Shown here one piece after another: positions 29,485-38,779 of a stretch of DNA of 64,000 nt. The notes below the pieces were generated by a model. It was not told the origin of the DNA. It made no database searches and was given only the letters and a program-made list of their open reading frames with translations. The stretch's first letter is position 1. Each line of letters opens with the position of its first letter. A program made the translations under genes and the position numbers. Source of the DNA: an uncultured Bryobacterales bacterium (GTDB lineage: Bacteria > Acidobacteriota > Terriglobia > Bryobacterales > UBA6623); assembly GCA_951813605.1 (NCBI GenBank), contig OX638379.1, positions 606,139 to 670,138 of the forward strand, read 5' to 3'.

Positions 29485-29901
29485 TGCGGACTTCGATTTC
29501 GCTCAATTCCCAACACTTCACGCGAGTCATCAAAACCGGTTGAACACAATTGCAGTCACCTTGGCGGAGCGTGTCCGTTGCCCGAGCGGATTTCGGCCGG
29601 ACCATTCCCTCGGGGGATTGTTAGTCTCTGATTGTCCTGCGCGCAAGGGGCGATGCGGGCCTCCCCGCATCAGGAGCGGTGAGTCCCGAATCTTGAGTCT
29701 GCAAAGCCAGCAGGATGAAGATGCCTCTCCAGGCTGATTCGGTACATCCAGACGGGCCAATTCCCGACAGTGGCGGATGGCGGGCTGTGTGACACAATGT
29801 CGCTTACGTGTGATCGCACGTGTCTGTGCGGCGATTGGCACCAAGCTACTTCGCAGCTGGCTTCGCATTCGCCCACGGACCGAGATTCAAGGAGGGTTTC
29901 C

Positions 29902-30492
29902 ATGTCCAAAGTGCTCATTACGATCGGTGACGCCGCTGAGGCGATGGACACGTTATATCCGGTGTATCGTGTGCAGGAGGACGGCTACGAGGCCGTAGTG
30001 GCTGGACCGGAAGCTCGGATCTACCCATTGGTGATGCATGAGATCCCTCCCGGATGGGACATTACACGCGAGCAGCCTAGTTACCACCTGGAGGCGACGG
30101 TTGCGTTCCGCGAGGTCGATTGCAACGACTATGACGGATTGTTCCTCACTGGCGGCCGCGCTCCAGAATACATCCGCTACGACCGAGACCTGATCGGCAT
30201 AGTCCGTCATTTCTTCGAGCACGACAAGCCAGTGGCGGTTGTCTGCCACGGCGCGGAGATCGTCGCCACCGCTAACGTGATTGCCGGAAAGCGCATGGCG
30301 ACGATTCCGAAGTGCCAGTTCGACATCGAGGTCTGCGGGGCGACATTCGTGGACGAGGGTTGCGTGCGCTCAGGCAACATGGTCAGCGGGCGGGGTTGGT
30401 TCGATCAGCACCTGTACATGCCTGAGTTCATGAGAATGCTGAAGGCCTATTCGGCCGAACGCCACATCGCACAGGTCGCCGTGGGCGCCTAA
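29902..30492 (+). CDS. DJ-1/PfpI family protein
   Basis: ATG 29902 is preceded by 'AAGGAGGG'. Has 'MSKVLITIGDAAEAMDTLYP' and the nucleophile-elbow-like 'AVVCHGAEIV'. Confidence 0.85.
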   Translation: MSKVLITIGDAAEAMDTLYPVYRVQEDGYEAVVAGPEARIYPLVMHEIPPGWDITREQPSYHLEATVAFREVDCNDYDGLFLTGGRAPEYIRYDRDLIGIVRHFFEHDKPVAVVCHGAEIVATANVIAGKRMATIPKCQFDIEVCGATFVDEGCVRSGNMVSGRGWFDQHLYMPEFMRMLKAYSAERHIAQVAVGA

Positions 30493-30953
30493 AGCACCTT
30501 CTGGGCGGGTGTCCTGAGGCGACCCCTGGCTTTTTCGAAGCCGAATGCCGGTCAAGCCAACCTCCTGGAGCCCCTTTGTGGCCGCGCATGTGACTTTGCC
30601 GGCCCTCCTGTCTCCTAGCCGTCGGGTCTCGCCGCTCATAGGCGGTCACATAGATACGAGCTGGTTTGGGCGGTGAATGAGTGAGAAGGTCGGTTGTCGC
30701 TTTCAATTCGATGTCGAAAAAGGAACGGTGCGAAGAGACGCGCCATACTGCGCCGGCGCGACTCGCATTTCCGCGTCATTTTGAGACCGATGCTTCCGCA
30801 AGGCGCTGGCTTCCGAACAAGCAGGCATTCGCGGGATCCATGTCGTGAGCTGATTCCGCATGGTCTGTCCCGCTTCGGGAACGCACAGCCGAGGGATGCT
30901 TGCCGACAGACTGCCTGCACGGACGCCCGACTAGGATAGACTCGAACCGACCC

Positions 30954-32174
30954 ATGAAGAATCGCCCCTATTACGGCTGGTTCGTGGCGGCATCCTGTTT
31001 CTTCATCCTTGCGATGACGGTTGGGATGCCGATGTACGCGATGCCGTTCTTTTACGATCACTACATCGAGGAATTCGGCTGGGACCGAGCCGAGACGACC
31101 TCCGGTTTCTTTTATTCGACGCTTCTGATCCTTCCCCTAGGCGGCCTGCTGGTCCATCGTTTCAGCCCACGTAAGCTGATCATCTTCGGAGCGGTGTCGT
31201 TTGCTGTGGCCTTCAGCTGCCTCGGCTCAATGCAAGGCTCCCTTGCGTTCTATCGCTTCACGTGGTGCCTTGTCATGGTGGGATTCGTCTACTCCGGGCC
31301 AGTCCCTAGCCAGGTCCTGCTCGCGAACTGGTTCAATCGCAATCGCGGCAAGGCGATGGGCCTTGCCTACCTAGGCTTGGGCATTGGAGGCGCGATGTCC
31401 CAAAAGTTCGTGGCCGGTCCTCTCATAGCAGCCTTCGGCTGGCGCGCGGCCCTGCAGATCATGGGCGGTCTCATCCTCCTAGTCATACCGGTGGCGCTCT
31501 GGGTGCTGCGCGACAAGCCATCCGACATGGGGCTCGTGCCCGAAGCCGCCTCGAAAGTGTCTCGGGAAGCGACTGCCTCGTCGCTCACCTTCGGCGAATT
31601 GCTGGTGCGCTGGCCATTCTGGCTTGTCACGGCAGGTTCCTTCCTGAGCATCGCTGCCATAGGATCTGTCAACCAGCACATGAAGCTCCTGTTCTTGGAC
31701 GCCGACCTCTCGGCGTCGCTCGTCGCGGACACGACTTTCGTGATATTGGCCTCGAGCTTGGCGGGTCGCGTCATTACAGGCTGGCTGGCCGACCGGTTCA
31801 GCAAGAAGCTGGTGATGGTCGCCGCTTACCTGTTGGTATCACTGCCCGTGCCGCTGCTCTACGTGATTGATCAGCCGTCTATGACCTATCTTTTCGGCAT
31901 GGCATTCGGGTTTGGCTTGGGAGCCAACTACATGCTGATCCCCCTGATGGCTGCGGAACTGTTCGGAACCGGATCGCTCGCACGCGTCATGGGCATTGTC
32001 TGGCCGTTCGGCCAGGTTGGGCAGGCCACCTTGCCGTTCTTTGTCGGTGCCATGCACGACAGTGCAGGCAATTACGACCTGGCCTTGGCTGTGGTGTTCG
32101 CAATTGGGATGATCGGAGCCGGATGCATAGCCCTGCTGCCAGGCAAGGGGCGGGATCGAAGCTTAGCGGTGTAG
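30954..32174 (+). CDS. MFS transporter
   Basis: About 406 aa and 12 hydrophobic segments. N-terminus 'MKNRPYYGWFVAASCFFILAM'. Loop motif 'NRNRGKAMGL'. Confidence 0.8.
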   Translation: MKNRPYYGWFVAASCFFILAMTVGMPMYAMPFFYDHYIEEFGWDRAETTSGFFYSTLLILPLGGLLVHRFSPRKLIIFGAVSFAVAFSCLGSMQGSLAFYRFTWCLVMVGFVYSGPVPSQVLLANWFNRNRGKAMGLAYLGLGIGGAMSQKFVAGPLIAAFGWRAALQIMGGLILLVIPVALWVLRDKPSDMGLVPEAASKVSREATASSLTFGELLVRWPFWLVTAGSFLSIAAIGSVNQHMKLLFLDADLSASLVADTTFVILASSLAGRVITGWLADRFSKKLVMVAAYLLVSLPVPLLYVIDQPSMTYLFGMAFGFGLGANYMLIPLMAAELFGTGSLARVMGIVWPFGQVGQATLPFFVGAMHDSAGNYDLALAVVFAIGMIGAGCIALLPGKGRDRSLAV

Positions 32175-32833
32175 AACGCCACACTGCAAAGGCTTCGCGT
32201 CTAAGAGCATTCTCTAGGGATGCGGATTGCCATTTCGGTTGGCGTAACCGAACAAACAGTTAGTTAGCAAACGCTGAGTCATGATGCTCGCGACAACGGA
32301 ATCGGTCGGACGGAGACCGCCCAGCGCGTTGCTGCTATCCACGGCAAGACGGAAGCGTTCGGCATTGGCTCGCTGGCTGGTTCATCCGACAGTCGGAGTC
32401 CGTGACGGAACTCTCTGAGTGGAGGGAGTTGCGGCCGACCTACCTTCGAAAGGCCTGCGGCGCGACCTACCTGCGAGACAAGCTCACCGGGAGTCAGACA
32501 TTTCTGGAGCACGGCGTGTAGCGGGAAAGTGACCGTTTCACGGCATAGCCGCCATTGCCTCTCAGTGAAACCGGCGATACGTCTCACCGCGGAACTTGGA
32601 TTCTTCGGCGGGGCCGTTCGAGCTCTTGCGCGCGGACGGAGTACCCATCGCCGACAACGCCTCCCAAGCGAACGCCAACCATCGTTCCGGATTTGTGCTT
32701 TAGGAGGGCTTCGGGTCTGGATGGGGTGTCTACATCTCGACGAACGCCCGCCTCAATTACATCCTTGTCGAAACAGGGGGCGATAGTTTCCGTCGGCGTT
32801 TCCGTAGCTCCGCTCGAGGAGGGCCGCCGCCGC

Positions 32834-34279
32834 TCAGGGTTTTGGGTAGCTCGGAGAGCCGCCAAGGTAGGGCTGGGCGTCGAAAAGGGCTCCGCGACCT
32901 TCGATCCTCGGATCACCCGTCGCAATCAACCCTCGCGCCAACCGAACTGCGAGGGCCTTGCGAATCCGGACATAATCCGGGTCCGCAGCTACATTCACTA
33001 CTTGGCCCGGATCCTTAGCTAGGTCATACAACTCCTCGGCCGGCCGCTTGGCGAACGACAAGTCGTAGTACTTCTTCAGCTCGTGATCGTCGCGGTGTTC
33101 CCAAAGGAACCACTTGGTCGGACTGTTGTCGCAATCGGCTAGCCACGCGTTCGGTGCTTGCGCCTTCCTGTAATCCGGCGTGCCTGCAGGCCAGCGGCCA
33201 GCCGCGTAGTTGCGGATGTACAGGTATTTGTCAGTGCGAATCCCACGAGCCGGATAACCGCCCATGTTCGGCGCTTCCTGCGCCACGACGTGGCGCTCCC
33301 TGCCGAAGACCACGTGATCCCGGTTCTCCGAAACCCGGCCTGACCGGCCCGATCTCAGGATCGCCAGCAGGGAGCGTCCGGTCATTTCGGAAGGCACCGC
33401 AACCCCCGCGGCATCAAGGAATGTCGGTGCTATATCCGTAGTGGAAATAAAATCTGTCACCGTTCGACCGCCCGGCACCTCAGCCGCCCAGCGGATCGCC
33501 ATGGGTACGCGCGACCCGGAATCGTAGAGGTTCCCCTTGGCACGCGGGAACGGCATGCCGTGGTCTCCGGTCATCACGATGAGCGTGTTGTCGAGTTCGC
33601 CCATCTCTTCCAGGACTCCGACTAGCTTGCCGACATCGCGGTCGAAGCGCTGGACCTCGAAGTAGTAGTCAGCCACGTCGCTGCGAATCTCCTCCGAATC
33701 TGGGAAGTGCTCGAACAGGTGGACCTTCTCCAAGTTGACGCCGCTCGCGACGCCGGTACCCTTCGCATATGGACGGTGAGGGTCGCTAGCGCCGAACCAG
33801 AGGCAGAACGGCATGTCCTGCGGCCGCGCGGCGAAGAACGCGCCGACGCTCTTGTAGATCTTTCCCGCCGGGCTTACCGGCGTTCCGGGATGTATGCCCG
33901 GTCCCCAGCCCTTCCGGTAGCTACCGACGAAATACCCCTCCCCCGCCAGCATCCTCGGGTATTCGGGGAATGTAGACGGCCAGACGCTCCATAAATTCCC
34001 GGCCGGTCCGAGCCGCCAGAACTGCTGACCGGTGATGATCGCGCCCCGACTTGGCGTGCAAGACGGAGACGAGATGTAGGCGTTCTCCACGAGCACGCCT
34101 TCTCCCGCCAGCCGGTCGAAGGTGGGCGTCTTAACGCCCATGTCCCCATAAGCCCCGGCGTGAGGCCAGCCCCAGTCGTCAGCGATTGCGAAGACGATGT
34201 TCGGCCGGGCGTGCGAAAGAGTCTGTGACCCGCTGCAAAGAACGGCCAATGCGAAGATCGCTGCAAGTCTCAGTTTCAT
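32834..34279 (-). CDS. Cys-type sulfatase
   Basis: Signal 'MKLRLAAIFALAVLCSG', then 'RPNIVFAIADDWG', 'CTPSRGAIITGQ' and 'GDHGMPF'. Confidence 0.85.
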   Translation of the reverse strand: MKLRLAAIFALAVLCSGSQTLSHARPNIVFAIADDWGWPHAGAYGDMGVKTPTFDRLAGEGVLVENAYISSPSCTPSRGAIITGQQFWRLGPAGNLWSVWPSTFPEYPRMLAGEGYFVGSYRKGWGPGIHPGTPVSPAGKIYKSVGAFFAARPQDMPFCLWFGASDPHRPYAKGTGVASGVNLEKVHLFEHFPDSEEIRSDVADYYFEVQRFDRDVGKLVGVLEEMGELDNTLIVMTGDHGMPFPRAKGNLYDSGSRVPMAIRWAAEVPGGRTVTDFISTTDIAPTFLDAAGVAVPSEMTGRSLLAILRSGRSGRVSENRDHVVFGRERHVVAQEAPNMGGYPARGIRTDKYLYIRNYAAGRWPAGTPDYRKAQAPNAWLADCDNSPTKWFLWEHRDDHELKKYYDLSFAKRPAEELYDLAKDPGQVVNVAADPDYVRIRKALAVRLARGLIATGDPRIEGRGALFDAQPYLGGSPSYPKP

Positions 34280-34465
34280 AGCTGAACAAATTAGCACGGC
34301 CCGGTGTCCGCGCCTCATGAGCAGCACTTACCCAAGACATTAAACCGCCTCGTCAGCGCGAGTTGACGGTCCGGCGGGCGACACTCGCAATCTCAGCGCA
34401 TGCGCTATGAGGGCCCTGCAGGACGACGGAGAGGTCACGAGACTACGCGATGGATCGGCGTGAAG

Positions 34466-34639
34466 ATGAATGTGCGTCGCTTTGATGATCAGCTGGCGCG
34501 GCGTCTCAAAGATCGAGCCAAGGCGAATGATGGATCCTTAATGGCGGAATTGCGCCAGATTCCTCGGACTGCGGTTGACGAGCGGGACGAGTCACCGCGA
34601 ACCGCGTCCTGGAAACTCGCCGCAAGACTTCGGCGATAG
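34466..34639 (+). CDS. ribbon-helix-helix (Arc/FitA-like) antitoxin-like small protein, orphan
   Basis: 'MNVRRFDDQLARRLKDRAKANDGSLMAELRQI' fits the RHH beta-strand plus helix pattern. No intact toxin ORF follows. Confidence 0.4.
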   Translation: MNVRRFDDQLARRLKDRAKANDGSLMAELRQIPRTAVDERDESPRTASWKLAARLRR

Positions 34640-34858
34640 ACGGCGGGTACTAGGCAACCGCCGAGTGAGGTCCTGATCCGCGACGACCGAGACCGTGGCC
34701 GCTGGTTCGAGTGCGTGACTTCAATCCTGAGACTTCTGGCGAACTCGTGCATTTCCGCACTCGACGAGGACGCTGCACTGACCGACTCTCGGACCATTGC
34801 CAGGTGAGTGGGTCGAAGGCGTTGTTCGTGATGGCGGTACGAGTCGCTGGGCTCGCAC

Positions 34859-35827
34859 TCAGGGAATCAGCAGCAGCTTGCCCATCGTCTGCCGACCTGC
34901 CAGTCGGGTTTGGGCTTCGGATGCGTCGCTAAGAGGGAACTCGCCGCCCACGTGAATCTTCACGTCGCCAGCTTGGATCCACTTGAACACGTCGGAGGCT
35001 CGCCACATCAAGTCCTCGCGACTCGCCACGTAAGCGAACAGCGATGGTCTCGTCAGGTACAAGGATCCGCGCTTTGTGAGTTCCAGCGGGGCTAGAGGCG
35101 GGACGGGCCCGCTGGCGTTGCCGAATGTCACCATCATGCCCCTCGGCTTCAGGCTGTTCAAGCTGCCAGTCCAAGTCGACTTGCCGACCGCGTCGTAGAC
35201 CACGTCGACGCCCTCACCGTCGGTCAGGCGCCTGCACTCGCTCTCGAAGTCCTGTTGGGTGTACAGGATGACCTCGTCGGCACCGGCCGCGGTCGCCTTG
35301 GCGGCCTTCTCCTCCGTTGAACATGTGCCGATGACCCGTGCGCCGAATTTCTTCGCCATTGCGACGAGCAGCAGACCCACCCCGCCCGCGCACGCGTGAA
35401 TTAGCGCCGTGTGGGACGAATCAACGGTGAAGGTGGACCTCGATAGATAGTGCGCCGTCATGCCCTGAAGCATCGAAGCGGCCGCTCTTTTCGTAGCGAT
35501 CGCGTCCGGCAGCTTGACCAACCGGTTGGCCGCGACAGCGGCGTATTCGGCGTACGAGCCGTGGATCCCCGTGTAGGCCACCCGGTCCCCTACAGACACC
35601 CCCGCAACGCCCTCTCCCACCGCCGTTACGGTCCCGGCTCCCTCTTGGCCGTTTGTAATCGGCAGTTCGACCGGGTATAGTCCCGTTCGGAAATAGATGT
35701 CGATGAAGTTGACCCCCGCCGCCTCGATCTTGACGACCGCCTGGCCGGGGCCGGGTTCTGGTTCGGGTATGTCTTCGTAGCTCAGGACCTCGGGGCCGCC
35801 GTGCTCGTAAATGCGAATGGCTTTCAT
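34859..35827 (-). CDS. qor: NADPH:quinone oxidoreductase (zeta-crystallin MDR family)
   Basis: Has 'MKAIRIYEHGGPEVLSYEDIPEPEPGPGQAVVKIEAAGVNFIDIYFRTGLY' and 'ACAGGVGLLL'. Confidence 0.85.
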   Translation of the reverse strand: MKAIRIYEHGGPEVLSYEDIPEPEPGPGQAVVKIEAAGVNFIDIYFRTGLYPVELPITNGQEGAGTVTAVGEGVAGVSVGDRVAYTGIHGSYAEYAAVAANRLVKLPDAIATKRAAASMLQGMTAHYLSRSTFTVDSSHTALIHACAGGVGLLLVAMAKKFGARVIGTCSTEEKAAKATAAGADEVILYTQQDFESECRRLTDGEGVDVVYDAVGKSTWTGSLNSLKPRGMMVTFGNASGPVPPLAPLELTKRGSLYLTRPSLFAYVASREDLMWRASDVFKWIQAGDVKIHVGGEFPLSDASEAQTRLAGRQTMGKLLLIP

Positions 35828-35853
35828 GGTCGAAGCGGTATTCTAACAACTCC

Positions 35854-36996
35854 ATGCGCGTCCGCCGCGTTGACACTTTCCACCTGCGAGCGCCGCTCCA
35901 ACAGCCGTTCAGCTTCTCGCAGTTCTCTTACTCGCTACGAGAAGCGATGCTGGTTCGCGTCTCGACCGAGGACGGGCTGGCTGGCTGGGGGGAAGCCTAC
36001 GGACCTGCGGCCGTCACGGCCACCATCGTCAGAGAATTCCTTGGCCCGCTAGTGAAGGGCCGGGACCCCCGCGCGATCGAGTCCCTCTGGGAATCGTTGT
36101 TTGCGCGATCGATCGACTATGGCCAGAAGGGCGTGATGCTCGCCGCGATCTCCGCTCTGGATATCGCTTGCTGGGATCTGAAAGCACAGGATGCTGGGAC
36201 GCCTTTGTACCGATTGCTTGGTGCGGATGCTCTCGAGTCCATCGAGTGCTATTGGACGGGATTCTACTTCGGCGGGCAGGAGGCGTTGGAGACGCGCTGG
36301 GAGCGCGAGGCCCGTGAATGCTTGGATTCCGGGTTTCGCGCGGTAAAGATGAAGGTCGGTCAGGGCGTGGCCCGCGACGCCGAGCTCGTCGCCGCCCTGA
36401 GGAGTTTCGTGGGCCGGAAGGTGAAGCTCTCGATTGACGCGAACCACGCCTACACCCCGACCGAGGCGATCGATCTGGCTCGACGCGTGGAGGGTTACGG
36501 CATCCATTGGTTTGAGGAGCCCGTGTCGCCCTTGGACCCGCAAGCGTATCTGGAGGTGAAAGCTCGCACGAACATCCCGTTGGCCGGGGGCGAGTGCGAG
36601 TACACGCGTTTCGGATTCGACAATTGGTTTCGATCGCGCGCCATCGACTACGCCCAGCCGGACATCTGCGCTTGCGGCGGCATAACGGAGGGCATGAAGA
36701 TCGCCGCGCTTGCCTCTTTGGCCGGGATCCACGTGACGCCGCACGCTTGGGGTTCCGCTGTCGGTCAGGCAGCGGCACTGCACTTTTACGCGGCGCGCCC
36801 TCGCCAACCATTTACGCTGACGCCAGAGACAAAGCTCATCGAGTGCGACCGGACGGAGAATCCGTTCCGCACGGCCATCGTCCAGAGCCCCATTGAACTT
36901 AGCCGGGGCCGCTGGCATCTGCCCAGCGCGCCCGGGCTGGGGATCGAAGTGAAACCCGACGAGTTCGGCCCCTATCTGGTTGATCGCGGGAACTGA
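35854..36996 (+). CDS. enolase-superfamily enzyme (mandelate racemase/muconate lactonizing family, acid-sugar dehydratase-like)
   Basis: Has 'GLAGWGEAYG', 'ISALDIACWDLKAQ', 'AVKMKVG', 'IHWFEEP' and 'LAGGECE'. Confidence 0.85.
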   Translation: MRVRRVDTFHLRAPLQQPFSFSQFSYSLREAMLVRVSTEDGLAGWGEAYGPAAVTATIVREFLGPLVKGRDPRAIESLWESLFARSIDYGQKGVMLAAISALDIACWDLKAQDAGTPLYRLLGADALESIECYWTGFYFGGQEALETRWEREARECLDSGFRAVKMKVGQGVARDAELVAALRSFVGRKVKLSIDANHAYTPTEAIDLARRVEGYGIHWFEEPVSPLDPQAYLEVKARTNIPLAGGECEYTRFGFDNWFRSRAIDYAQPDICACGGITEGMKIAALASLAGIHVTPHAWGSAVGQAAALHFYAARPRQPFTLTPETKLIECDRTENPFRTAIVQSPIELSRGRWHLPSAPGLGIEVKPDEFGPYLVDRGN

Positions 36997-37010
36997 AGCG
37001 TCGGTCCGAG

Positions 37011-38486
37011 CTAGAGCGCCCGACCGACGGCGATCTTCCATCCGTCGTAGAATTCCTGCCTTCGGGAATCCTGCATGGCGGGCTCGAACCGACGGTCAAC
37101 GCTCCAGAACCCCTCCAACTCGTCTGTGCCGCTCCAGACTCCGGTTGCCAAGCCCGCTAGAAAAGCCGCGCCCAGGGCAGTAGTTTCCGCGTAGGCCGGT
37201 CGCATGACCGGCACTCCCAGAATGTCGGCTTGGAACTGCATCAGGAAGTCGTTTGCCGTGGCGCCCCCGTCGACGCGCAACTCGGCAAGCTTGGAACCGC
37301 AATCGGACTCCATCGCCTCCACCAAATCCCGTGTCTGGTACGCGATCGATTCTAAGGCTGCCCGCACGATGTGTTCGCGACGCGTGCCGCGGGTCAGACC
37401 AGTCAGGATGCCGCGCGCCTCCGCGTTCCAATACGGCGCCCCAAGCCCGGTGAATGCCGGCACCATGTACACCCCGGCGGTATCCTTGACCGCTCTAGCT
37501 GCGTGGTGTGACTCCGCTGCGCTCGTGATCAACCCCAGCTCGTCCCTGAGCCATTGCACGACCGCGCCCGCGACGAAGATCGCTCCCTCGAGCGCGAATT
37601 CATGGCGCCCCGGCCCGGACGCCGCGGTGGTGGACAGCAGGCGGTGATGGGAGCGCGAAGCGTTCCCGCCCGTATGCATCAGCGCGAAGCAACCGGTGCC
37701 GTAGGTGTTCTTGACCAAGCCGGGGCGGAAGCATGCCTGTCCGAATAGCGCAGCCTGCTGGTCACCGGCCACGCCTGCAATCGGGATCTCCGCGCCAAGC
37801 AAGTCTCCGTCGGTAGTCGCTATCACGCCGCATGAAGGAACGATCCGCGGGAGCATTGCAGCGGGAATGTCGAGCAACGACAGCATTGCCTCGTCCCAGG
37901 TGCCCGTCCGCAGGTTCATTAGCAACGTCCTCGAGGCATTCGTGCGGTCGATGGCATGCTCTCGGCCACCGCTCAACCGGTACACGAGCCAGCTGTCAAC
38001 CGTGCCGAACGCCAAGTCCCCCGCCTCCGCGCGCGCTCTCGCACCTGGCACATGGTCCAGAATCCATCCGACCTTGCTTCCCGAGAAATAAGGGTCCAGC
38101 ACGAGGCCTGTGCGTTCGGTGACCTCGTCGGCATGGCCCGCAGCGGCCAGGCCGGCGCACGTGCTTGCAGTCCGCCGGCATTGCCAAACGATCGCGGGTG
38201 CGATGGGCGCTCCCGTGGCACGGTCCCAGACGATGGTCGTTTCGCGCTGATTGGTGATGCCGATGGCTGCGATGTTTTCCCAGCCACCGCATTGGTCCAC
38301 GGCTTCACCCGCGGCGCGCAGCTGCGTCTGCCATATCGTCTCGGCGTCTTGCTCCACCCAGCCGCTATGGGGATAGCTGCTCTCGACGGGATGCTGCGCT
38401 GTCGCCACGGCGCGTGCTGCTCTGTCGAACACCACCGCCCGGGCGCTGCTCGTGCCCTCGTCGCAAGCGAGTACTTGATTTGCCAT
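37011..38486 (-). CDS. glpK: glycerol kinase
   Basis: 491 aa. Has 'DEGTSSARAVVFD', 'GITNQRETTIVWD', 'FGTVDSWLVYRL', 'GDQQAALFGQ' and 'LRVDGGATAN'. Confidence 0.92.
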   Translation of the reverse strand: MANQVLACDEGTSSARAVVFDRAARAVATAQHPVESSYPHSGWVEQDAETIWQTQLRAAGEAVDQCGGWENIAAIGITNQRETTIVWDRATGAPIAPAIVWQCRRTASTCAGLAAAGHADEVTERTGLVLDPYFSGSKVGWILDHVPGARARAEAGDLAFGTVDSWLVYRLSGGREHAIDRTNASRTLLMNLRTGTWDEAMLSLLDIPAAMLPRIVPSCGVIATTDGDLLGAEIPIAGVAGDQQAALFGQACFRPGLVKNTYGTGCFALMHTGGNASRSHHRLLSTTAASGPGRHEFALEGAIFVAGAVVQWLRDELGLITSAAESHHAARAVKDTAGVYMVPAFTGLGAPYWNAEARGILTGLTRGTRREHIVRAALESIAYQTRDLVEAMESDCGSKLAELRVDGGATANDFLMQFQADILGVPVMRPAYAETTALGAAFLAGLATGVWSGTDELEGFWSVDRRFEPAMQDSRRQEFYDGWKIAVGRAL

Positions 38487-38779
38487 GAGTACCCATCTTG
38501 TGGGATGTGCTCCGTTGCTCGCAATGCCGGGCCTCTTCTGGCCGGAGACTGACGCCTCAACCGAGTCTCTTCCGGCATTGTCCCGAGCGCGGCGGCGTCA
38601 CTTTGACTTGGTCGAGGTCGAGTCTATTGCACGCCCTGCACCGATGGCTACTGCCACACGCTTTGCGGGTCGGGAAATGGTGCGCGAAATGGGTGTCAGC
38701 CCTAGCCGCTTTGGTCGCGGAAGCCCAATTCCGTCCACGAGATCGACTTCTACCCCAGCCGAGGGAGACTGCGCTCGAC

